IMG/VR virus record: IMGVR_UViG_3300038345_000251
Coordinates: 64,001-128,000 of that record
Reading direction: 5' to 3' (one strand)
From: a virus
Lineage: Duplodnaviria; Heunggongvirae; Uroviricota; Caudoviricetes
DNA length: 64,000 bases
The position numbers and the translations under genes are program-made. Under the pieces are notes generated by a model, which had not been told where the DNA came from, searched no databases, and was given only the letters and a program-made list of their open reading frames with translations. Each line of letters begins with the position of its first letter. Position 1 is the stretch's first letter. This document shows positions 30,861-41,531 of this stretch, piece by piece.

Positions 30861-31252
30861 TATCGTAAAATACCTCTTACTGTTGTACTTATTATATTAT
30901 ATCCTGTTGATACAACGGGACCACCTGCATTACCACCATTTGTTTCAACCATTATACTACCAGCTGGAATTGATACTTGTACAGAACCGTTTTGTTTAAT
31001 TTCATCAAGAATATGTTTTACAATATTATATGTATATTGATTAACAACATTTGGTGTACCATCAGGATTAACGCCTGTTGCAATTCCTAATGCTGCATTG
31101 TCTGCAATTATTTTTGCTGCTGTTTCAGAAGGTGATGTACCTGGTCTTCTTACAGCAATACAGTAAAGAAGTTGTGCAGGTAATACTTCAGCAGGTGTTT
31201 TCATTTGCATAAATGCCTGTTTCATTTTTCTTGCCATTTCAGATACATTCAT
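30860..31252 (-). CDS. putative baseplate-associated protein
   Basis: 130 aa, Gly-rich beta C-terminus, same late operon as the spike gene. Confidence 0.55.
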   Translation of the reverse strand: MNVSEMARKMKQAFMQMKTPAEVLPAQLLYCIAVRRPGTSPSETAAKIIADNAALGIATGVNPDGTPNVVNQYTYNIVKHILDEIKQNGSVQVSIPAGSIMVETNGGNAGGPVVSTGYNIISTTVRGILR

Positions 31253-31277
31253 AATATAAATCTTTTTTTAAATATTA

Positions 31278-33281
31278 TTAACATGATTTTTCACTTTCTG
31301 GTATATCTTGTGTTTGTGTTATATCAGCATAATTTACGTCATCTATTTCAGTTAATACCTTAGTAGGTTTAAATAATGGTATACAACTGATTGCTTCTTC
31401 CAATAATTCAATCCAAGCAGCAAGTTTTTCTGCTAAAATTAACGCACCCCATTCAATCAAAAGTGGTTTTATATATTTTAAGAATAATTTATATAAAAAC
31501 TCAACAATTTTATCTTTAACATATCTAACAATTGATATAATAATTGATAAAAGTTTTTTAATAAATAATTCCATAATATCATCAATTGATTTAATGTTAT
31601 TAACGTTAATTAATCCCATTATTTCAAAATTAATCACAAAAAGTAACATTACTTTTGGTGTAAACATTGCTTTTGCTAATGGCATTACTAATGCCATAAC
31701 AACATCATTAAGCCATTTTTCATTATAGCCAACACTTAACTTATCTGAAATTTCAATTGCAGCATCTTGTGTTGGAATTGCTGAAATGTCATAAACAGTT
31801 CTAGATATACTTGAAATCTTTTCATTCATAGTTGCCATTGAATTTATTTCATTCATAGCATCTATTCCAATTTCTTTATCAATTTTAATTGCTGGTGATG
31901 TTTCACTATTTAATTCTTTAGCACCATATCGTTGCAATTCCATTGCTTTAAGTGCATCGTTAAAATCATCGTTTGAAAAACTAAAGAAACAATCTTCAAC
32001 AGATAAATCTTCAACTTCAAGTGCTTTTTGTATTATTTGATTAAGTTTTGCTTCAAATATTTTTGTTTGGATTGAATATTGAATATTTAAATCAAACAAA
32101 AGGCTTCCGTTAAGAAGACTATCAACCATTTCAGACAAAATAAGCCTTGGATTGAATAATTGAATATTATTAAGATAATCAATATTGAAACGATAAATTG
32201 TTTTATTAAACAATGCATTTCTATACCAAGTTTGTTGTGGGAAAGTAACTTCAATACCATTATTATAACCATATACATCAGTTGGTTTCAATTGTAAAAT
32301 TGGATGAAGAGGTAAATCAACAGTATCATTACCTTTACCATCATCTGATGTATAAGCATTTTGGTATCTTGATGCATCTGAAATTGTAAATAAACCTGTT
32401 TCGTCTGTTTTACTATTAAGCCATTCATTCCATTTTTCAGGTGTACTTCTTAAATCTTCTTCAGCACCTTCTCTTTCATCAACAACTCTACTGTCCCACA
32501 TCATTTTGTTTGTCTCTGTTTGATTAATAGATGTTCCTCTATTAATTACATACCAAAGAAAAGCATTTAAATCATTAACTTTATAAAGAGTATTAACATT
32601 TAATGTTTCATCATCAACCCCCGAATAGAAATTAGAACCAATATCAGACAATGGGTATATATCTAATAAATTAAACATATCAATTAAATTTTTAGGAATT
32701 GTAAATGATATATATCCATCACCTCTTGGGTTATAATCCATATATTGACTTGGAATTTCAGGATTAACAGAGCAAGACAATAAACTTGTTAAAATTGTAC
32801 TTATTATTGATTTTACAGCATTTTCTAGCCCAATAATAAATTCACTTTGTGGCTCATCAGGAACAGGTGCTTTTTTAACATAGTAAGTACCATTGTCAAT
32901 TGTAAGAAATTCAAAGTCACTTTCGGGTCTTACAACAATATAATTAGGACTTAATGAATCAATGTTTTCTGTTGGAACTTCGGGAACTTCAATTGCTTGC
33001 GCTTTTTGTTCATCTGTTGGTTTCCTGATTTGTTTGTATTGATAGTTTTTAATATTTCCATATACTTCAGATGCATTTGGTACATCAAAAAAAAGTTCGA
33101 TTAATTTATCAACCAATATTGTATCACTAACACCGAGTTGTTTTAAAACATCCATAACAAAGTCAATAACACTTGTATAAACTTTGTTACCAAACAATTC
33201 AAAAATACTCATTGGGAAATTCTCAATGAGAGTTTGAATTGCACCAATAGTGCCTATTACTTCTGTTGTTGTTGCTGCCAT
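31278..33281 (-). CDS. large hypothetical structural protein with hydrophobic C-terminus
   Basis: 667 aa in the late minus-strand operon. Confidence 0.6.
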   Translation of the reverse strand: MAATTTEVIGTIGAIQTLIENFPMSIFELFGNKVYTSVIDFVMDVLKQLGVSDTILVDKLIELFFDVPNASEVYGNIKNYQYKQIRKPTDEQKAQAIEVPEVPTENIDSLSPNYIVVRPESDFEFLTIDNGTYYVKKAPVPDEPQSEFIIGLENAVKSIISTILTSLLSCSVNPEIPSQYMDYNPRGDGYISFTIPKNLIDMFNLLDIYPLSDIGSNFYSGVDDETLNVNTLYKVNDLNAFLWYVINRGTSINQTETNKMMWDSRVVDEREGAEEDLRSTPEKWNEWLNSKTDETGLFTISDASRYQNAYTSDDGKGNDTVDLPLHPILQLKPTDVYGYNNGIEVTFPQQTWYRNALFNKTIYRFNIDYLNNIQLFNPRLILSEMVDSLLNGSLLFDLNIQYSIQTKIFEAKLNQIIQKALEVEDLSVEDCFFSFSNDDFNDALKAMELQRYGAKELNSETSPAIKIDKEIGIDAMNEINSMATMNEKISSISRTVYDISAIPTQDAAIEISDKLSVGYNEKWLNDVVMALVMPLAKAMFTPKVMLLFVINFEIMGLINVNNIKSIDDIMELFIKKLLSIIISIVRYVKDKIVEFLYKLFLKYIKPLLIEWGALILAEKLAAWIELLEEAISCIPLFKPTKVLTEIDDVNYADITQTQDIPESEKSC

Positions 33282-33282
33282 T

Positions 33283-33687
33283 TTATTTCTTTAAAATATA
33301 TGTGTCTGTATCATCATCTTCATCAATTGACATTGCTACGTCTTTTAAACCTTTAATATCAAGTTTCGTTGCTTTTGCAAATCCAGGGTCATTAAGTGCA
33401 CCATTAATGTCACCATTATGTTTAACAATTTCTCCCATAAACTTAGCAATTTCAAATTTTGATTTAATTGCACGGTCTTTATCTCCCATGTAATCGTGAA
33501 TCGCCTTGGAGTATTTAGTTTTATCTTCAATTGTTATTTCTTCACTACCAAGGTTAATACTATTTGTCAACTTATCAATTTCGTTTTGAATTTGATTAAG
33601 TTGTCTACAAGCCTCATTATATATTTCTTGTAATAATTCTTCAATTTTATCAACTGAATTTAATTTTACTTTATATCTTTTTTCCAT
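33283..33687 (-). CDS. hypothetical coiled-coil protein
   Basis: 134 aa; late motif at 33706-33714. Confidence 0.65.
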   Translation of the reverse strand: MEKRYKVKLNSVDKIEELLQEIYNEACRQLNQIQNEIDKLTNSINLGSEEITIEDKTKYSKAIHDYMGDKDRAIKSKFEIAKFMGEIVKHNGDINGALNDPGFAKATKLDIKGLKDVAMSIDEDDDTDTYILKK

Positions 33688-33728
33688 AATATATTAATCT
33701 ATACAATAAATAGTTGATACAAGATTTC

Positions 33729-34619
33729 TTATTCTACTTCTTTTTGTTTTAAAGTATAGTATAGTTTTTTAAAAGAACGCATATTATCACGAATTTCTTT
33801 AGTTGACATTAACGTTTCCTCACGTAAAAAATATAATACTGAACTCTTTAATAGTTTATTACTATCTTCACCTTTAATAAGGTTTTCCCAATTATTGTTA
33901 TCAAGTAAATCACATAAAGCATAACCAACTTTAATTTCTTTATCAGATAAATTATATTCTTCAGGTGATTCAATCATTTCTCTTATTTCTTTTGATGTTT
34001 GATTTATCAATTTTTCAGCAAGAATATATGAATCTTGATTTTCTGTTGAAAATCTTGTATCATTTTCGAATGTTTCAGAAATTGTATCATATGATGTGTT
34101 TCTTTGTTGGTCTTTAACCAATTGCATCCGTTTATAAATAAGATAATTTCTTACTACTGTTTGGCAATAAGAAAACGCTTTATATTTTCTTTCTTTTAAT
34201 TCGTAATATTTAAAACTATCATCAAAATAATCTATTACTAAAAACTTAGGATTTGTTTCCGTAACGTTTTTAAAAAATTCTTTTTTCCTATCTTCTGTTA
34301 CAATAACAGGCGTTTCGTTTTGTGGGATAAAATCAATTTCTTCGTATTCGTATATTGTATCTTTGTAATGAGATATTTTTGACATTAAATAGGAAAGAGT
34401 ATCATCAAATGTTTGTTGAAACTCTTCATCTGAACAATACAAGTTGTATCTTCTAATTATTGATTCAATCATTTTAACAAATGCAGGATAAAGATAATCG
34501 TTGAAAATTTTATTCTTTTTTTCTTTATCGGTTGTTGAAATGTAATCAATTACGGCTTGTTCTTCTGTTTCATAAAAATAACCTTTTCGTTCTTTTGGTT
34601 TTCTACCTCTTTTTGCCAT
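33729..34619 (-). CDS. RNA polymerase sigma factor, late (gp55-like)
   Basis: YF...EEQAVIDY, LYPAFVKMIESIIRRY, KAFSYCQTVVRNYLI (sigma region 2-like); ATG at 34619. Confidence 0.6.
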   Translation of the reverse strand: MAKRGRKPKERKGYFYETEEQAVIDYISTTDKEKKNKIFNDYLYPAFVKMIESIIRRYNLYCSDEEFQQTFDDTLSYLMSKISHYKDTIYEYEEIDFIPQNETPVIVTEDRKKEFFKNVTETNPKFLVIDYFDDSFKYYELKERKYKAFSYCQTVVRNYLIYKRMQLVKDQQRNTSYDTISETFENDTRFSTENQDSYILAEKLINQTSKEIREMIESPEEYNLSDKEIKVGYALCDLLDNNNWENLIKGEDSNKLLKSSVLYFLREETLMSTKEIRDNMRSFKKLYYTLKQKEVE

Positions 34620-34778
34620 CTTTTGCTGCGTGTTTTTTCGCTGCAAAAACTATCCATCCATCTACATAATTTATATGTACTTTCTCTAAAAATTACTTAA
34701 ATATAAGTCTTACCGTTGATGTTAAAATGGTCAGAAATGTTTACAATTTTTCTGACCATTGTTTTGCATCGTTAATTA

Positions 34779-35561
34779 TTATTCGTAGATATAATGTGAA
34801 ATATCCCTTGTCTTTTTAAATAAGTAATCTTTTTGTGCCAAATCAATCCAGAATTCTGCTTCTTCTGGTTTCATTGTCTTATTATAAATTTCAGAAAGTG
34901 AATCTTCTCTATTAAGTGTATGAATATATCCAACCTTTGGGATAACATAAACTTTCTTATCATTACGTACTGCTCTTAAAAGGAATTCATACCAGAATGA
35001 AAGTTTAATAGGCTCTTTTAATTTACCTAATTCAATAAAATCTTCTGTCTTGAAAATCCCACCTGTTGTGTTGAAATTCATATAATTTAAAAGTGATTCC
35101 AAATCAAGGAAACCTAAATTTTCCGAAAATGAAGTTGCAAGTGGTGCTTCATTGATATATCCAACAGGTCCTTCATCTTTTTTATCAAACAAAACAATTT
35201 CAGTTAATGGAAGATAAATTGAAATACTTTCATCTAATTGGAAATACTCTTTTACGTTCTTAAACCAATTTGGTGTATATACATCATCAAACTCCAAGAT
35301 TGAAAAATATTTCCTACATTTATCAACTGCTGTATTGATTTGTGAACAGAAGTCTGATTTACTACTTTCGACAAAACTTGTTCTTTCTGATTTACCATAT
35401 TTTTCTTTTAAACTTGCTAAAACCTTTTTAGGCGCAACAAAAAGCAATTCTGAATCATTATCTTTATCTGTCTCATAAAAACTTTGAACCGCTTTTTCTA
35501 AAAGCACTTCAACATTATCGTTAAATTCATGAACAGGTACTATAACAGTTAAATCTTTCAT
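34779..35561 (-). CDS. glycosyltransferase family 2
   Basis: LTVIVPVH, FSILEFDDVY. Confidence 0.8.
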   Translation of the reverse strand: MKDLTVIVPVHEFNDNVEVLLEKAVQSFYETDKDNDSELLFVAPKKVLASLKEKYGKSERTSFVESSKSDFCSQINTAVDKCRKYFSILEFDDVYTPNWFKNVKEYFQLDESISIYLPLTEIVLFDKKDEGPVGYINEAPLATSFSENLGFLDLESLLNYMNFNTTGGIFKTEDFIELGKLKEPIKLSFWYEFLLRAVRNDKKVYVIPKVGYIHTLNREDSLSEIYNKTMKPEEAEFWIDLAQKDYLFKKTRDISHYIYE

Positions 35562-35571
35562 ATAATATTAT

Positions 35572-36693
35572 TTATTTCTTTTTATTCTTAATTTGTGTTA
35601 AAACTTCTTCAAAATCTTTCTTTCTCTTGTCAATTATTTGAGTGCCATAAACGTATTCAATTTCTTTCTTTTGTGTTTCTCTGGTATATAAATCATCAAG
35701 TTTATGTCCACATTCAAATAATTCATCAGGAATTTTATCAAGTGTCCATGTTCTAACAACACTTGCTAACATATCAGGAACATCATCAATATTTTCAAAC
35801 CAAATACAAGCATCTGTTAATTTTTTTTCACCTGTTTCTGTATCAACTTCAGTATTCCAATCAGTTAACCTCTGTGGTATTTTTGCTAATACAATACTTC
35901 CACATCTTAATGCTTCCAAAGGTGAATATCCAAAGTTTGTCTTCTCATCAATCCAAATTGTAATTGCGTTTTCTCTATATGCTTCACTAACAAGTTCTTG
36001 TGAAAAACCTCTAAGTTCTGCAAATGAAACCCATTTGTAAATAGGATATTTCCAATAAAAAGGTTTCATAATTCTATGAATATCACTTTGGTCTTTGGAA
36101 ACAACATTTACCATAAGTTTTCTTGGTTTGTCAGAGTTTCTGAATACAGGATTAATTGATGGTGATACAACCATAATGTTCATTGAAGGGAAATATGACT
36201 GAAGGATTTTCTTTTGTTCTTCTGTATTTGTAATAATATCATTAATTTTTAAATCCTGAAAACTTGCAGCCATTGGCATTGATTCACAAAGCCAGTTATA
36301 ATTTTGTACAAGTACAATTTTTTTACATGGTGCATTCTTTAATGCAATCATTACGTTACCAAAAATTTCTGGAATAACGATAAAATCACTTGGTTCAAGA
36401 TTTACAACATCTTTCTGTACTTGTCCTGTTTGGTGCTGTTTGTGTGGAAGTTCTGCATATTTTTCGCCAAGCCATTCCCCAACACCAACAAAATCATCAT
36501 CATGGTGAAGCATACATACATTATAACCAAGTTCTTTAAGTGTATAAGCGGTTTGATAAATATACTCTAAAGTACCTGAAGGATTTCCTTTGGTATCAAA
36601 CACATAAAAATATATTGTAAAAGATTTATCATTGATTTTACCAATGTTTTTCTCTACAATTTCAATCATTTCTTTTTTTGATAATTCTGCCAT
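35572..36693 (-). CDS. glycosyltransferase (GT-B/GT4-like)
   Basis: DFIVIPEI, NFGYSPLEALRCG. Confidence 0.7.
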   Translation of the reverse strand: MAELSKKEMIEIVEKNIGKINDKSFTIYFYVFDTKGNPSGTLEYIYQTAYTLKELGYNVCMLHHDDDFVGVGEWLGEKYAELPHKQHQTGQVQKDVVNLEPSDFIVIPEIFGNVMIALKNAPCKKIVLVQNYNWLCESMPMAASFQDLKINDIITNTEEQKKILQSYFPSMNIMVVSPSINPVFRNSDKPRKLMVNVVSKDQSDIHRIMKPFYWKYPIYKWVSFAELRGFSQELVSEAYRENAITIWIDEKTNFGYSPLEALRCGSIVLAKIPQRLTDWNTEVDTETGEKKLTDACIWFENIDDVPDMLASVVRTWTLDKIPDELFECGHKLDDLYTRETQKKEIEYVYGTQIIDKRKKDFEEVLTQIKNKKK

Positions 36694-36700
36694 ATTCTTT

Positions 36701-37288
36701 TTATTTAGACAATAAGTTATTTATATTTTCTTTATTATTAATAAAATCACCTAATTTTTTGTATTCATAATCTGCTTCTGAATCTTTGTTATATTCAGTT
36801 AAAATTTTTATAGTAATTTTATCATCTGGTTTTGCATCAAGAAGTAATGGATTTGCTGTTATAAGTATATCACATTTATCCCAAATTGTTCTTGAATCCA
36901 TTGGGAAATAAACTTCTCTAACACCACATCCTAAGTTACCAATAAATGCGAATGAATAACTTAAAGATGCACCATATTCCATTGTTGAAACGAAAAGAAC
37001 TTCAATAGGTTCATCATAATCTTTTAATGATTTAAAGAAGTCTTTAAGTTCTACTGATAATTTTTTTGTACAAGTTCCACATTTGCAAAAAAGTTCGTAT
37101 GGATAATCTTCATATACGAATTTTTGATATGCTCTTTCTGTCTTAAATGTAAGGAGTGATTGCATATCGTTTGTCCACATTTCAAAATCTGTTGTATCAA
37201 ATTCTGAATTGAAGTAATTAAGGTATGTGCTAATAAAGTTATTAGAATAATCACGTACTACATCGTTTAAATCTATTGCAATTTTCAT
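36701..37288 (-). CDS. HAD-family 5'(3')-deoxyribonucleotidase-like protein
   Basis: IAIDLNDVVRD motif I variant (DxN), C-terminal YN. Confidence 0.6.
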   Translation of the reverse strand: MKIAIDLNDVVRDYSNNFISTYLNYFNSEFDTTDFEMWTNDMQSLLTFKTERAYQKFVYEDYPYELFCKCGTCTKKLSVELKDFFKSLKDYDEPIEVLFVSTMEYGASLSYSFAFIGNLGCGVREVYFPMDSRTIWDKCDILITANPLLLDAKPDDKITIKILTEYNKDSEADYEYKKLGDFINNKENINNLLSK

Positions 37289-38295
37289 TCGTCTGTATTT
37301 TTATCTTTATTTAATTCTTCTTGTTTTTCATGTCTCATAATTGTATTAATATCAACTGTTTTACCATCCCTTACAGCATGGGTTTCAAGTTTTTTATCAA
37401 GTTCATCAGTATGATATTTTTCAATTGCTGAATAATTTACTTTATTATTTGCTTTAAGTGTAATTACAAAATTTCCATCATGTACATTTACACTTTTATA
37501 TTTAATGTTATCGAATTCAAAATGTGAAGGGTTTGGAACACCGTATGCTTTATCAGTATCAAATACTATTTCAGATAATTCTACAACATCAGACGTTCTT
37601 AACTCTTTTTTTAATAATCTATTAAGTTCACTAATCAACAATGCACTATTATCTTTTTTTACTTTTCCGTGTTTGTCTGCAACAAATCCAAACTGACTTG
37701 CATATATTGATACATAGAAGTCAAGGTATGAAGTCTTATCATCAATAACCCTTACAACAAGTTTATTTGCGTAATCTTCTATTTTAAACCTTGGAATAAA
37801 GTCACCTCTTTTGATTCTAAACACAGAAACGTAATCATCTTCATTAAAATTTTCAGCAAAGAAATTATTTTGTGTTTGTACTAAAACATTATCTTGAATA
37901 CATTTTAAATGTAAATTTTCAGGATTAAACACTTCTATTTTACAAGTAAAATCAAGTGCTGTTTTCTTTCTTGAAGTTGCTTTCAATGTAATATTAGGGT
38001 TATCAAAGTCATTGGCTAATGTTTCAATATCAACACCATCAATATCAACATGAATTTTACTTGCTTCATGTATTGTTCTATAATATTCATCACGCATTTC
38101 TTTAACTCTTTGGGTTTCTTCACCTTTTAATAAGTCATTAAATACGTTGTCAATTTCTTGTTGTTGATTTATTTCACTATTTGAAGAACCATATGATGCC
38201 TTTGTGGATATGACATTATCGGCTGATTTCATACCACGAAATAAACCATACCATAATAATCTTACACTATTTATTATGTTTTTAATTTTCTTCAT
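37285..38295 (-). CDS. hypothetical protein
   Basis: 336-aa ORF coupled in operon. Confidence 0.65.
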   Translation of the reverse strand: MKKIKNIINSVRLLWYGLFRGMKSADNVISTKASYGSSNSEINQQQEIDNVFNDLLKGEETQRVKEMRDEYYRTIHEASKIHVDIDGVDIETLANDFDNPNITLKATSRKKTALDFTCKIEVFNPENLHLKCIQDNVLVQTQNNFFAENFNEDDYVSVFRIKRGDFIPRFKIEDYANKLVVRVIDDKTSYLDFYVSIYASQFGFVADKHGKVKKDNSALLISELNRLLKKELRTSDVVELSEIVFDTDKAYGVPNPSHFEFDNIKYKSVNVHDGNFVITLKANNKVNYSAIEKYHTDELDKKLETHAVRDGKTVDINTIMRHEKQEELNKDKNTDE

Positions 38296-38524
38296 TGATA
38301 ATGTTATTTAATCTATTTTCAATTTCGTCTAGTATTTGATTATGTATTTTACTATACTTGTTACCTTTCTTTTCAAGTTCAAGTAATTCGTTAATATATG
38401 GTGTTGTTTGCCCACGAAGTGCTATTGCTTCATTTTGTAACTTCGTGTAAATAATCATACACGCTTTTTCTAAATTTATTAGTTCTTCCAAAGATACTGA
38501 ACTTAAATTATAAAACTCTGCCAT
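38282..38524 (-). CDS. hypothetical protein
   Basis: 80-aa ORF, first gene of the operon. Confidence 0.6.
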   Translation of the reverse strand: MAEFYNLSSVSLEELINLEKACMIIYTKLQNEAIALRGQTTPYINELLELEKKGNKYSKIHNQILDEIENRLNNIINEEN

Positions 38525-38538
38525 ATTGTTTTTATTTT

Positions 38539-38592
38539 AAAATAATAAATTGTATTAAAAAGTAAAGATTTTAGTGATAATAAACTATTTAT
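38539..38592. repeat. 54-bp direct repeat, copy 1 (divergent promoter cassette)
   Basis: aaaataataaattgtattaaaaagtaaagattttagtgataataaactatttat; one mismatch to 44867-44920. Confidence 0.9.
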
Positions 38593-38613
38593 ATTAAAAT
38601 AAAACGTAATATT

Positions 38614-39168
38614 ATGGAAAAAATTAAGTTAACTGAAAATAAATTAAATCAAATTATTTCTGAATGCATAACAGAAGTTTTGAAAGAAATGAATGAGAAT
38701 AAACAAACTGAAACAAAAAAACAAGTTAGATTAACTGAAGCACAACTTACTAAACTTGTTGCTGAAAGTACTGTCAGAATTCTTAAAGAATCTGATATGG
38801 ATGAAAGCTGGTTTAGTAGTGTTGGTAAAGGTATTAAAAACATGGTTAACAATGGTGGTGGTTTAAATGGTTTTAGAAATACCTATAACGATTCACGTGC
38901 TGCTGATATGAACCAAAAAGCACAAGCACAAGCAGATGCTAACAGTGCAAAAGAACAACAAATTCGTACTAAATACGAACAAATGAAACAACAATTACAG
39001 CAACAACTTAATGGTTTGGATACACAAATGCAGCAAGAGTTAGCACAGATTGGTGCAGGACAAAAAGACTATGCAGGAAAAGCAGCAAATTATACTAAAA
39101 ACGCAGAAAATGCAAGAAAAGCACACTATAATTCATGGAATCCTCAAGACCAACAACCAATGTCATAA
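38614..39168 (+). CDS. putative head-internal protein with a tandem double leader motif
   Basis: KLTENKLNQIISECITEVLKE and RLTEAQLTKLVAESTVRILKES, then Q/A-rich coiled coil. Confidence 0.65.
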   Translation: MEKIKLTENKLNQIISECITEVLKEMNENKQTETKKQVRLTEAQLTKLVAESTVRILKESDMDESWFSSVGKGIKNMVNNGGGLNGFRNTYNDSRAADMNQKAQAQADANSAKEQQIRTKYEQMKQQLQQQLNGLDTQMQQELAQIGAGQKDYAGKAANYTKNAENARKAHYNSWNPQDQQPMS

Positions 39169-39189
39169 CTTGTTACTAAATGAAAAATT

Positions 39190-39220
39190 AAAAGCCGTAG
39201 AGTTTTCTACGGCTTTTTTT
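39190..39220. terminator. bidirectional terminator
   Basis: aaagccgtaga-gttt-tctacggcttt; same stem as at 48111. Confidence 0.75.
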
Positions 39221-39389
39221 ACATATATTCCCAATAATCAATACTATCTATTGGATAAAAAAGATTGTCTTTTTCTGAACAAAATTTAGGTTCGCTATCT
39301 ATGTCAAATTGTGGTTCTAAATAACCATGTTTCTCCCTACCATTAACGTAGAATCGTATATTTGCGTAGTATTTAGGTAATCGTCTCAT
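39219..39389 (-). CDS. small hypothetical protein (56 aa)
   Basis: Manual translation MRRLPKYYANIRFYVNGREKHGYLEPQF...DYWEYM; start overlaps the upstream TAA. Confidence 0.5.
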   Translation of the reverse strand: MRRLPKYYANIRFYVNGREKHGYLEPQFDIDSEPKFCSEKDNLFYPIDSIDYWEYM

Positions 39390-40552
39390 TAATTATTATA
39401 TCTAATGGTTGTTATTCTAACCCATCGACTATCCTTATATTCGTCAAGTGTTCTTGAATCAGTATATGACATAGCAGAACGAAGGAAATCTGTTTCATTC
39501 TCTGCCCATCCCTTAATGTCATATTCAACTTTCTGATACTTGAACAACCCCTCAGAAGTTTTAAGGTTCTTTACTTCCTGTGTATTAGCAGATGCAATAA
39601 GTGCTTGTGCAATTTTAGTACTCATACCAAAATTCTCTTTCCACACAGTAAGTTTATTTTCCTTAATAAGTTGATATGTTTCTTCATACTTATCTTTTGG
39701 TACTTCTTTACCGTAGGTGAGTAAAGTTTTAATTGGACGGTAAATCTTCTTTCCACGAACATTAAAATAAGAACTACCATAAGTTGTTCTACCAGCACTT
39801 TCCATTGCCTTATTAAACAATCCACCAATCATTACATAATCAGCAAAAATAAGTGCTTTCTGAATATCCCTAAATCCTTTAATATTTCCATCAGCAATAA
39901 TCTTACACTTACCATTAATCTCTTGCTTAATATTATAAATTTCTTCAAGTAAACTAAAATAAGGATAATGAATAGCAACATTAGAACTTGTACTACAAAC
40001 TGAACCGCCACCAATTCCAACTCTAACATATTGAATACCAACACTTTCGTAATCTCTATATGCTTCTGGGTTAGCAATATTACCTGTCATGATACAAATT
40101 TTATCACCATTAAGGTTTTTAATTTCTTTACATGTATCAAGAAGACACTTCATATGTCCGTTAGCAAGGTCAACACATATGTTATATGGCAATGTTCTTT
40201 CTCCAAGTTTTACCATAGTTGCATGATACTTGTCAATAAACAAATCTTTTGCTTCAGCAAGTGAAAATGCTACAAAGTTCCCTTCATTTTTTGAAAGGAA
40301 ATCAAGTCTTTCTTCAACAGAATAACTTCTTGGAATAACAGTTCTAATTCTTGCTTCATTAAATGCGCCTGTGTTTTCAATTGATACAACAGAACTCATC
40401 GGTGCTGCAAAAATTGGAAGATAACCATCTTCATCGTATGGATTACATTCTTTTCTACTTGAAATTGTACTGATTCTTTCAGGTATTACAGTAATATCAT
40501 CATAATTAAGTGCTACACCATTACTGTAAATAGGATTGTCAATTCTTGTCAT
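39389..40552 (-). CDS. GMP reductase / IMP dehydrogenase family protein (no CBS domains)
   Basis: LNYDDI, PIFAAPMSSV, VDLANGH, GNIA, RVGIGGGSVCST, IIADG, RSAMSY. Confidence 0.85.
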   Translation of the reverse strand: MTRIDNPIYSNGVALNYDDITVIPERISTISSRKECNPYDEDGYLPIFAAPMSSVVSIENTGAFNEARIRTVIPRSYSVEERLDFLSKNEGNFVAFSLAEAKDLFIDKYHATMVKLGERTLPYNICVDLANGHMKCLLDTCKEIKNLNGDKICIMTGNIANPEAYRDYESVGIQYVRVGIGGGSVCSTSSNVAIHYPYFSLLEEIYNIKQEINGKCKIIADGNIKGFRDIQKALIFADYVMIGGLFNKAMESAGRTTYGSSYFNVRGKKIYRPIKTLLTYGKEVPKDKYEETYQLIKENKLTVWKENFGMSTKIAQALIASANTQEVKNLKTSEGLFKYQKVEYDIKGWAENETDFLRSAMSYTDSRTLDEYKDSRWVRITTIRYNN

Positions 40553-40811
40553 TTAAATGTTCATCAATTAATTTATTAATTTTATCTAATTTTTCGTCAA
40601 CTTTTTTGAATTCTTCCTCATCAAGAAGCACAGGATTAATACAATCAACTTTTATGCCAATATTGTTATAGTCAGGAACAAAAATCAATTTTACCGATTT
40701 ATCAAAAAATGAACTAATAGAATTTCTTACATCATCAATAGCCTGAAACACATTTGACATATCCTCAGTTCCAACATAAATGACAACAATAAGTTTTTTA
40801 TTATCCCTCAT
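40539..40811 (-). CDS. hypothetical protein
   Basis: 90-aa ORF in operon. Confidence 0.6.
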   Translation of the reverse strand: MRDNKKLIVVIYVGTEDMSNVFQAIDDVRNSISSFFDKSVKLIFVPDYNNIGIKVDCINPVLLDEEEFKKVDEKLDKINKLIDEHLNDKN

Positions 40812-40812
40812 A

Positions 40813-41331
40813 TTATTTAAATAATTTTTTTATTTTCTGAAATATGTTTTTTTTCTTAACAGGCATTTCATTTCTTTCTTCATTTGTCATTCTAACTACT
40901 GTTACAGGTATTGGGCCATCACCTGCTACTAAATCATCTAAATCTTTAAACGAAATATGTAATCCCCACATATTTATATCATCTTCAGGAATTTCCCAAT
41001 CTCTAAAAGATTTATAATCCCCAAATCTATCTTGTTCTTCTTTATGAATTGGTTTACAAGTATACATATGAATTTCGTTACCAAAGTAATCGTTAAAACA
41101 TATAACCCATATTCCTGTTTCTTTATCTGATTTAACAATATTAACAGATACAGTTCCTTCATCTTCTTTTAAATCAAGAACATTTGGAATCCACATATCA
41201 CTTCCAATTGGGGTATTTGGTGGTATATGATAACCGTTTTCTTTTTTAATAGGGATATATTTACTTAAAAGAATATATCCTTCTTCATCACCAGTATTGG
41301 TAACATATAATTCTCTAGCTGGTAGTCCCAT
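40813..41331 (-). CDS. hypothetical protein
   Basis: Likely start MGLPARE at 41331, just after the stop of dUTPase exon 2. Confidence 0.6.
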   Translation of the reverse strand: MGLPARELYVTNTGDEEGYILLSKYIPIKKENGYHIPPNTPIGSDMWIPNVLDLKEDEGTVSVNIVKSDKETGIWVICFNDYFGNEIHMYTCKPIHKEEQDRFGDYKSFRDWEIPEDDINMWGLHISFKDLDDLVAGDGPIPVTVVRMTNEERNEMPVKKKNIFQKIKKLFK

Positions 41332-41335
41332 AATA

Positions 41336-41531
41336 TTAATTATTTCCTGTACTTCCAAATCCACCAGAACCTCTTTCGGTAGATTCATTTATTTCATCAA
41401 CAAATTCAAATTCACAAGGATATGAAAACCCCAACTTAATTTGTCCAATACGTTCACCAACTGTATAACGAGGTAATTCTTTTATAACATGATAAAAAAC
41501 AGCCATTGCTTCACCTCTATAAAATTCATCT
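41336..41531 (-). CDS. dut: dUTPase exon 2
   Basis: Manual translation DEFYRGE...GERIGQI...ERGSGGFGSTGNN*: dUTPase motifs 3, 4 and 5; not in the ORF track. Confidence 0.9.

Noticed and set aside
40813-41388. ORF-track start at 41388, and similar extended starts at 21985, 28192, 28204, 34646 and 50172
   Set aside because: These extensions overlap neighbouring genes or promoter motifs, or use non-ATG codons; downstream ATGs fit better
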